DNA of 32,000 nt. It comes from Candidatus Saccharimonadota bacterium. GTDB taxonomy: Bacteria; Patescibacteriota; Microgenomatia; UBA1406; GWC2-37-13. Where the stretch lies: NCBI GenBank assembly GCA_001790095.1, contig MGBH01000001.1:120001-152000 (forward strand). The letters are read 5' to 3'. Numbering within the stretch: position 1 is the stretch's first letter; each line of letters begins with the position of its first letter. Position numbers and translations under genes: made by a program. Positions 25,077 through 31,497 of the stretch are shown here, piece by piece. Below the pieces are notes generated by a model, which did not search any database, had not been told where the DNA came from, and saw only the letters and a list, made by a program, of their open reading frames with translations.

Positions 25077-25133
25077 GTCCAGAGCAATTAAGGGCGTTAG
25101 AACCTTTTATGTACAAATTTAGTATGGTAAATT
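25077..25133 (-). repeat. island repeat copy R6
   Basis: GTCCAGAGCAATTAAGGGCGTTAGAACCTTTTATGTACAAATTTAGTATGGTAAATT; 45/57 identical to R1 by hand alignment. This is the only strong copy not at a gene 3' end. Confidence 0.8.
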
Positions 25134-25182
25134 ACATGCCTAGCTAATCGGAGCACAAATCCATTATGTAATTAAAATTATG

Positions 25183-25210
25183 TTGAAATACTATTTTGTG
25201 TTTATATAAT
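25183..25210 (+). promoter_or_regulatory. promoter TTGAAA-N16-TATAAT for Crp/Fnr copy 2
   Basis: -35 at 25183..25188 and -10 at 25205..25210. Followed by the small inverted repeat ATTAC-N6-GTAAT before the ATG at 25238. Confidence 0.5.
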
Positions 25211-25237
25211 TAGGATACATTACTTTAATGTAATACT

Positions 25238-25888
25238 ATGAATGAAATAGATACAACTAAGGAATTTGAACGTTTCTATAAGCAATTCCCCACTCGAACG
25301 TATAAAAAGAATGAAGTGCTCATTCGAGCGGACGACAATCCTCTAGGTATTTTTTGTTTGACAAAAGGATATGTGAGACAATACTCCATTTCTAAAGCGG
25401 GATTGGAATTAACACTCCACATCCTAAAACCAATTCAGTATTTTCCCAAAATTTGGGCGTTAAGTAAAGTCCCCAATATTTATATTTTTGAAGCACTTAC
25501 AGAAGTTGAGGTAATACGCGCACCCAAAGAGCAATTAATTGGCTTTATTAAAGATAAACCTCTCCTTCTTACCGAACTAATAAACCGTTTATTAGTAGAT
25601 TACTCAGAAACCTTGGCTCGAATTGAAAACTTAGTATTCAGTGATGCATATCGTAAGGTTATTTCTATATTGTTGTATATAGCAAAACATTTTGGGGAAA
25701 AGAGAAACAATGGAATCGTGATTACTTATCGTTTTACTCAACAAGATATATCAAACTTAGTTGGCGTCGCAAGAGAAACCGCAAGTAATGAAATCTCAAA
25801 ATTGGAGAAGAAAAAACTATTAAAATACATTGACCATACTATGGTACTTGAGAATCTCCAGGCATTAGAAAATGAGCTGTCACATTAA
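25238..25888 (+). CDS. Crp/Fnr-family transcriptional regulator (copy 2)
   Basis: 216 aa, collinear with copy 1 and roughly two thirds identical by eye. Confidence 0.9.
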   Translation: MNEIDTTKEFERFYKQFPTRTYKKNEVLIRADDNPLGIFCLTKGYVRQYSISKAGLELTLHILKPIQYFPKIWALSKVPNIYIFEALTEVEVIRAPKEQLIGFIKDKPLLLTELINRLLVDYSETLARIENLVFSDAYRKVISILLYIAKHFGEKRNNGIVITYRFTQQDISNLVGVARETASNEISKLEKKKLLKYIDHTMVLENLQALENELSH

Positions 25889-25996
25889 TAGATTGAGGTG
25901 AATTATATAGATAAACTAGACTGTCATTGCCTAACGATTCGCTATTCACATAATGAATATATGAAATAACTGAAAGGAGTATTCTTTTATCCTGAG

Positions 25997-26079
25997 TCCA
26001 GAGGGGAGGATTCGAACCTCCGTAGGGAAAACCCAGCAGATTTACAGTCTGCCCCCGTTGGCCACTTGGGTACCTCTGG
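25997..26079 (-). tRNA. tRNA-Tyr: tRNA-Tyr (anticodon GTA), class II long variable arm, CCA not encoded
   Basis: Hand fold: acceptor CCAGAGG/CCTCTGG, U8 A9, D-stem CCC/GGG, anticodon stem GCAGA/TCTGC with loop CTGTAAA, variable arm GGG-TTTT-CCC, T-arm GGAGG-TTCGAAT-CCTCC, discriminator A. Confidence 0.9.
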
Positions 26080-26091
26080 TTGATCTACTAA

Positions 26092-26343
26092 TTATATTAA
26101 ATTTTTTGATTGAATGCTCTTTTTTTCCAAATATCCCTTCGGACTCTTGAGATAAAATTCTCTCTTATAAGCTTTCTTTTTTTCTTCAAATTTCTCTTTA
26201 TAAATTATTTTCCACGGTCTAAAAGGCTTCGTTGATTTTGTCCATCCGGCGTTATGATCTTTAATTCTTTTTTCTAGATTCGATGTAACCCCTATATAAA
26301 ATCGATTTACAACCCCACTTTTTAAAATATAGACATAATACAT
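26092..26343 (-). CDS. small GIY-YIG nuclease-family protein
   Basis: Start moved to MYYVYILKSG (ATG at 26343); the 13-codon extension in the track ORF reads through the tRNA-derived duplicate. Motifs YVYIL...FYIGVT...R...E are present. Confidence 0.85.
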   Translation of the reverse strand: MYYVYILKSGVVNRFYIGVTSNLEKRIKDHNAGWTKSTKPFRPWKIIYKEKFEEKKKAYKREFYLKSPKGYLEKKSIQSKNLI

Positions 26344-26355
26344 ATAAGTAATACG

Positions 26356-26404
26356 CCGTTGGCCAAGCCGAAGGCTACCCATTGGGTCTTGGGTACCTCT
26401 GGTT
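26356..26404 (-). repeat. partial duplicate of the tRNA-Tyr 5' end (acceptor and D-arm) with a 22-nt insertion
   Basis: CTTGGGTACCTCTGGTT at 26388..26404 is identical to 26065..26081 (17/17). CCGTTGGCCA at 26356..26365 is identical to 26055..26064. The two blocks are separated by AGCCGAAGGCTACCCATTGGGT. Confidence 0.8.
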
Positions 26405-26455
26405 TTAGAAAATTATTATATCAAAAATAATCTTCGATATGGTACACTTAACTTT

Positions 26456-26920
26456 ATGTTTGTACCACCTGTTTATGCACAATGTCCGGTCTGTGTAGTT
26501 ACGGTTGGAGGAGGATTACTTATCGCAAAAAAGTTGGGGATAGACGATCTTCTTGTCTCTATCTGGCTTTCAGGTCTCAACACCGCTCTAGCTTTTTGGT
26601 TTGCCTCATCAATGAAACATAAATTACTAAAAAGCGGGCTTGGATGGGCGATTGGTTTCTTTATCCTGACGATAGGCTATCTGGTCTATTCCAAGCAACT
26701 AGGTCATCAAGGTAATACTTTTTTGGGTATAGATAAGATCGTAGTTGGTATGACGGTCGGATTCATCATATCGCTTTTTGCCATCTTTGTAGACAAACTC
26801 ATCCGCAAAAAAAACAACGGAAAAGTACTTTTTTATTATCAAAAAGTTATCATTCCAATCATCACGTTTATAATCACAACAGGCATTTTTGCGTTACTAA
26901 TTAAAATATATAGTAGATAA
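26456..26920 (+). CDS. hypothetical 4-TM membrane protein with N-terminal CPVC
   Basis: 154-aa hydrophobic ORF, first gene of the plus-strand block leading into hypC. No family recognised. Confidence 0.55.
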   Translation: MFVPPVYAQCPVCVVTVGGGLLIAKKLGIDDLLVSIWLSGLNTALAFWFASSMKHKLLKSGLGWAIGFFILTIGYLVYSKQLGHQGNTFLGIDKIVVGMTVGFIISLFAIFVDKLIRKKNNGKVLFYYQKVIIPIITFIITTGIFALLIKIYSR

Positions 26921-26922
26921 CT

Positions 26923-27474
26923 ATGACAGCTGATCTAGACGTTAAACAATTCATGGACAAGATAAAAAAGATGGAAAAAGGAGAGAAACTCGATCTGTCT
27001 TCAGGAGAAGATTTGTCAATTGGAATAATGAATCTTATCGCAATTGAAGAACATTTGTTTTTTTCAGGAGGTAAGACAGGAGACGTCAAATTTTATGAGC
27101 TTATAAATGAAGTGAGAAAAATGCGCGTACAATTATTGAGAGATATCATTAAAGAATATGGAGGGGAAGTTTGGTGTATAAGCAAACATCTTCTTGCTGC
27201 TTCCATGAGAGTGATGGAGGTTGGTACAAAAGCACAAACAAAAGGTGAAACTGAAAAAGCATATGATCTTTTTAAAAAATCATATGATCTATACAATCTA
27301 TTCTGGGGCTTGAATCTTGGGATAGTAAAGCCTACTACACTTTCCCAACAGACAGCACCCCATAAATCCGACAAGAAAGAAGAACCTATCGAGTATAAAG
27401 ACAAGCAAGGCAATAGTTTTATGGGAAAAATAAGCTCGATGATCGGAAAAGTTCTTGATTGTTGTAGAGAATAA
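26923..27474 (+). CDS. hypothetical soluble helical protein ending in CC-R-E
   Basis: 183-aa ORF starting 2 nt after the upstream stop. No family recognised. Confidence 0.55.
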   Translation: MTADLDVKQFMDKIKKMEKGEKLDLSSGEDLSIGIMNLIAIEEHLFFSGGKTGDVKFYELINEVRKMRVQLLRDIIKEYGGEVWCISKHLLAASMRVMEVGTKAQTKGETEKAYDLFKKSYDLYNLFWGLNLGIVKPTTLSQQTAPHKSDKKEEPIEYKDKQGNSFMGKISSMIGKVLDCCRE

Positions 27475-27484
27475 GGAGATATTT

Positions 27485-27655
27485 ATGTGTTTTTTGATAC
27501 CTTTAAGGGTTGAAAAGATTCTAGGGAAAAAAGCGCTTCTTGAAAATGGCATAAAGGCATATATTGATCCGAAAGTTGACACGATACGGATTGGAGACAA
27601 GGTAATGGTCTATGGTAATTTAATTATTCAAAAAATCAATGATAAAGCAAAATGA
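27485..27655 (+). CDS. hypC: HypC/HybG/HupF-family [NiFe]-hydrogenase maturation chaperone
   Basis: Start moved to MCFLIPLRVEKI (Met-Cys N-terminus diagnostic of HypC) with AAGGAG 7 nt upstream. DKVMVYGNLIIQKI matches the family C-terminal strand. Confidence 0.85.
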   Translation: MCFLIPLRVEKILGKKALLENGIKAYIDPKVDTIRIGDKVMVYGNLIIQKINDKAK

Positions 27656-28547
27656 TCTGATGAAAGGGATTTTATTGGCATTCATTACCTCCATAATCTC
27701 TGGAGTCGCTATATTCTATTCAAAGATCTCAGTTGCCAAGATAGATCCTCTTGTGCTTACTACCTTAAGGAATCTATTTGTTGGTCTTATATTTTTTTGT
27801 TTTTTACTATTTAATCGCAAACTAAGTCAGCTCAAGACTCTAACAAAAAGAGAGTTAATCTTACTTGTACTTATAGGTATTATTGGTGGCAGCGTACCGT
27901 TTTATCTCTTTTTTAGCGGAATCAAAATGATTGGTATGCAATCTGCCAACATCATACATAAATCGCTTTTTATCTGGGTGACTTTACTGGCGGGCTTATT
28001 TCTTGGAGAGAAATTGAATCTAGGTTTTATCGCTGCCGGATTATTAGTATTTATTGGCAACTTCTTCTTTGTACCAGTTCAGATGGTTTTCGGAAGAGGA
28101 GAACAACTAGTACTGCTTGCTACATTGCTTTGGTCTGTTGAAAATATATTAGCAAAAAGAGTATTGTCAAAAACTTCATCAGAATTGGTTGGCATCTTCA
28201 GAATGAGTATAGGGGGATTAGTACTTCTTTTTATTACCTTTGTCACAGGAAAAGCAGCGTTACTTTTTAGACTTAACTCTTCTGAACTTTTCACAATATT
28301 TATCGGAGGAAGTATTCTTTTCTTTTATGTATTTACATGGTACAAATCTCTTAAATATGCGCCAGCAAGTCTTGTTGTCTTGATTCTTACATTTTCACTT
28401 GTTGTCGGTAATATACTAAGCGGTGTTTTTGCGCAAACGAAGCTTTCGATGAAAGAAGTAGGATCAATTATCCTAGTAGGCAATGGCGTTGCAATCCTTC
28501 TTTTGACAAAACTATTGGCGGTTGTCAAACCAAAACAAGCAAAATGA
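27639..28547 (+). CDS. DMT-superfamily (EamA-like) transporter
   Basis: 302 aa, about 10 TM helices in two EamA-like halves. The start may instead be the ATG at 27660, just after the hypC stop. Confidence 0.8.
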   Translation: MIKQNDLMKGILLAFITSIISGVAIFYSKISVAKIDPLVLTTLRNLFVGLIFFCFLLFNRKLSQLKTLTKRELILLVLIGIIGGSVPFYLFFSGIKMIGMQSANIIHKSLFIWVTLLAGLFLGEKLNLGFIAAGLLVFIGNFFFVPVQMVFGRGEQLVLLATLLWSVENILAKRVLSKTSSELVGIFRMSIGGLVLLFITFVTGKAALLFRLNSSELFTIFIGGSILFFYVFTWYKSLKYAPASLVVLILTFSLVVGNILSGVFAQTKLSMKEVGSIILVGNGVAILLLTKLLAVVKPKQAK

Positions 28548-29281
28548 ACAGACAAGGTTTGCTTCTTTGCACAAAATATTCTGTTGCTCCAAACTACTTT
28601 GGCTACTGCGGACCGGATGAAAATATGTCTCTCATTGACCACCTTAGAGAAAATGTCATTGATAAAGAGGTACATTCTATACTTTCTGAGTTTGAGACAC
28701 TATTCCTTAATCTTACGTTTATTGCAAGGGAAAACAAAATTCAGGACGTTTTTGATAAACAGGTAGTTGAAGCATATTGGATAGGGAATAGATTACTTGA
28801 ATGCATATCCAATAAAGATTACGCCTATCTCTTAGCAGAAAAATTTAGTTTACCAAAAAAAATAGGAGACAAGACCTTTTTGAAAATGAAGCATAAGATA
28901 CTTACCTATAGGCTTTATCCACATCATTCATTTCATGTGTTTAATATTTTTAAGAGAACGGGTCATGATATTAGTTCTCATACCATAAAAACGATGGATG
29001 AATGCAGGATTGGATGGGGAAAAGTGATTACGATCAATGACTCAACGGTATTAGTTTTCACAAAACCGCTACAGCTTCAAAACAGAAAACTCCAGTTTGG
29101 AAAAGAGCTGAGGAAAAAAATCCGTCTGGAATATAAGGGCAAGAAATTTCTTAAACACATCAAAGCGGAAGACTGGGTGAGCTTTCACTGGGGACAGATA
29201 TGTGACGTGATACAGACAGAACAAGTAAAACAACTGAATTTTTATACACAAAAAGCTATAGAATTTTATAATTCTCCATGA
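28544..29281 (+). CDS. hypothetical protein with C-terminal HypC/HupF-like barrel
   Basis: 245 aa. DECRIGWGKVITI...AEDWVSFHWGQICDVIQTEQ parallels the HypC pattern MC-L-x-IPGKV...GDYVLVHVGFAI. ATGA overlaps on both sides. Confidence 0.55.
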   Translation: MNRQGLLLCTKYSVAPNYFGYCGPDENMSLIDHLRENVIDKEVHSILSEFETLFLNLTFIARENKIQDVFDKQVVEAYWIGNRLLECISNKDYAYLLAEKFSLPKKIGDKTFLKMKHKILTYRLYPHHSFHVFNIFKRTGHDISSHTIKTMDECRIGWGKVITINDSTVLVFTKPLQLQNRKLQFGKELRKKIRLEYKGKKFLKHIKAEDWVSFHWGQICDVIQTEQVKQLNFYTQKAIEFYNSP

Positions 29282-29667
29282 AAATATACGTTTTTGGTAA
29301 CCCTCTGGTCAAAGAAGATTCGTTGCCTCTTGTCATTTTACCTACTTTACGTGTTTGTCGTCCTCAGATTAACTTTATTGTTGTTGACCCCAATGAAAAT
29401 TTTCCTCCAGAGAATGAAAAAGATTTAATCATTCTTGATGCTGTAAAGGGAATCTCTTCCACGGCACTTCTGGATTTTTCAGACCTTGCCCAAGTTGAAA
29501 AAAGTCCTGTATCACCGCACGATTATGACCTTTTACTGCATTTGTTGCTTCTCAAAAAAATGGGAAAAGTAAATAAAGTTACCATCATTGGGATCCCTCA
29601 AGACAGTATAGATAAAAAAGCTGAAGTTATTGATCGTGTTTTAGCGTTCATTGATGGCTTATCATGA
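29278..29667 (+). CDS. [NiFe]-hydrogenase maturation endopeptidase (HycI/HoxW-like)
   Basis: 129 aa. FGNPLVKEDSLP, LIILDAV and SPHDYDL align with the GNxxxxDDG, D and H metal-ligand motifs of HycI. Confidence 0.75.
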   Translation: MKIYVFGNPLVKEDSLPLVILPTLRVCRPQINFIVVDPNENFPPENEKDLIILDAVKGISSTALLDFSDLAQVEKSPVSPHDYDLLLHLLLLKKMGKVNKVTIIGIPQDSIDKKAEVIDRVLAFIDGLS

Positions 29668-30999
29668 CCATTTAACTTTCAAGAAGTGTGATGCGCAAGA
29701 CATGCAAGGGTCAAAAGCGCGGATGAATTTCTCAACTTCATATATGATTTTTTCTTTTGTTGCACGTTTGATCAGTAACTCCTCAACTATCTCCCGTATC
29801 GCCCTCTCCATAATGACTTGGTTTTGGCCTGTTGGGACTACGATTTCGCCCTTTTTGATTGTGCCCTGGGATGAAAGTTCAAGTTTGTAATAAAGGGAAC
29901 CACGGGGTGCCTCAATAAGCCCAATTCCGGTTTTTTCCTCATAAGTCGTAGGTTTGATAGGTGTCTCAGGTAGAATATCTTTTAGGTTTTCGATAAGTTC
30001 GATGGATTGATCGATCGAATGAAGTATTTCTATAGCTTGGGCGAGGTTGTTATAAAAAAGATTTTTTGTGGGAAATAATGCAAGATGCGGAGAGACTGTT
30101 TCTTTGGTTTTGGGATGAAGATACGTTGAACTAAGCGTCAATCGAGCGATAGCACCTACCATTAATAATTCTCCATCAAAGGAAAAACCCCTCGCATGTG
30201 AGTAGGGTATGATAACTGCGTTTAGGTGATTATCAAAATCTTTTTCTTCAATGCTTATTCCTTCTGATGTTTGAATTTGACCATCAAGATAAGAAAAATC
30301 ATGAGAGACAAGCGAGGTAAATACAAAAGGAGCCTGTACTTCATGAAAAAAAGTTGTTTGTGCAAACAGATTGATGAGTTTTACTATTTTAGGACGTATT
30401 GCAAGAAGCGCAGGTACAAGTTTTTTTAAATCGTTAAGGTTTGGCAGTTTAATAAATCCTCCTACCATGGGAGTTGGAGCATGTACAGATCTCCCTCCAA
30501 CTACTATAGAGAGTTGGTTCCCCGCCTCTTTTACTGCAAAAGCATCATCTAAGAAATCATGTTCAATCGGATCATGCATATCAAAATCAAGAATAGAATT
30601 TTTCTTAAAAACATCAGGAAGTGCAAAGATGTAAAGATGAAGGGCATGGTCGCGAATGATCAGTCCATGATAGAGCAGCTTGCGAAATAGCATAGTCTGC
30701 TCAGTGGGTGTAATGGAAAGAGCATTTTCAACAGCTTTAATTGATGCCAAAAGATGTGCATTGGAACAGGTTCCACATATACGGCTTACCAAAGCAGGTA
30801 TGGCAAGTGCGGGTTTTCCCTGTATAGCTTGAGTATAAAAACGCTTCCACTCAGAGATGCTAAACTTCAAATCAACCACCTTATTTTCTTTGATCTGGAT
30901 ATCTAAAGAGGCTGCTCCCTCTATCTTTGAGATCTCATCAAGTGTTATAGAATAGCTACCCTTTTCTATGTCGGAAAGATCAAAATTGGGATCGTGCAT
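29662..30999 (-). CDS. [NiFe]-hydrogenase large subunit (group 3-like, cytosolic type)
   Basis: 445 aa. N-terminal RICGTCSNAH and C-terminal DPCMSCASH, followed by a 7-aa cleavable tail FLKVKWS. Confidence 0.9.
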   Translation of the reverse strand: MHDPNFDLSDIEKGSYSITLDEISKIEGAASLDIQIKENKVVDLKFSISEWKRFYTQAIQGKPALAIPALVSRICGTCSNAHLLASIKAVENALSITPTEQTMLFRKLLYHGLIIRDHALHLYIFALPDVFKKNSILDFDMHDPIEHDFLDDAFAVKEAGNQLSIVVGGRSVHAPTPMVGGFIKLPNLNDLKKLVPALLAIRPKIVKLINLFAQTTFFHEVQAPFVFTSLVSHDFSYLDGQIQTSEGISIEEKDFDNHLNAVIIPYSHARGFSFDGELLMVGAIARLTLSSTYLHPKTKETVSPHLALFPTKNLFYNNLAQAIEILHSIDQSIELIENLKDILPETPIKPTTYEEKTGIGLIEAPRGSLYYKLELSSQGTIKKGEIVVPTGQNQVIMERAIREIVEELLIKRATKEKIIYEVEKFIRAFDPCMSCASHFLKVKWS

Positions 31000-31023
31000 T
31001 TATCAGTTATAAAGTTTATAATT

Positions 31024-31497
31024 TTATTGTTGCTTGAGTACTTTATTCATAAGATCTAAGAATATCTGTTCATTCATAGGGCATCCGGGGATCACAACGT
31101 CTACCTTCACTACATCAGATAGTTTTAAAACTTTTTCTTTGTACTTAAATTTAGCCAATATCTCTTTTATTTCTACGGTTTGGTTTTCTTTAAAAAAATT
31201 CCTTTGATTTGAAGGGGCGCCGGTCACCGCGCACGAACCTATTGCAACAAGGGTAGTTGCCTGCTGGCGGATCTTTTTGAGTTTCTTTTCTTGCGTGTCT
31301 GAACTTATTGCGCCCTCAACAAATGCGATATCCATGTGTTGTATCTCTTTGGTATCATCTTTACGAAGGACTCTTGCATGTACAAACTCAAGGCGTTCAA
31401 ACCATTCTTTGTAGTGTTTATTCAAAAGCTCGGTAAAAATTATGGTTGAATCCTCACAACAAGTAAATGTAAACCAGCCAATACGAATTTTAGGCAT
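31024..31497 (-). CDS. [NiFe]-hydrogenase small subunit, short form (NuoB/20-kDa fold)
   Basis: 157 aa. Cys motifs FTCCEDS, GSCAVTG and IPGCP. Only enough length for the proximal cluster. Confidence 0.85.
   Translation of the reverse strand: MPKIRIGWFTFTCCEDSTIIFTELLNKHYKEWFERLEFVHARVLRKDDTKEIQHMDIAFVEGAISSDTQEKKLKKIRQQATTLVAIGSCAVTGAPSNQRNFFKENQTVEIKEILAKFKYKEKVLKLSDVVKVDVVIPGCPMNEQIFLDLMNKVLKQQ

Noticed and set aside
18520-25133. The 57-nt repeat family as a CRISPR array
   Set aside because: Copies are separated by 0.6-3 kb of coding DNA rather than 25-40-nt spacers. They are only about 80% identical, and no cas genes are present.
18520-25133. The 57-nt repeats as classical integron attC sites
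   Set aside because: No IntI-type integrase or attI is in the window. I could not find the GTTRRRY core or the R''/L''-L'/R' imperfect palindrome architecture. The idea is kept only as a loose analogy.
26344-26382. N-terminal 13-codon extension of the GIY-YIG ORF (MGSLRLGQRRITY)
   Set aside because: The extension is translated from the duplicated tRNA fragment. GIY-YIG proteins of this class begin at the MYYVYIL strand.
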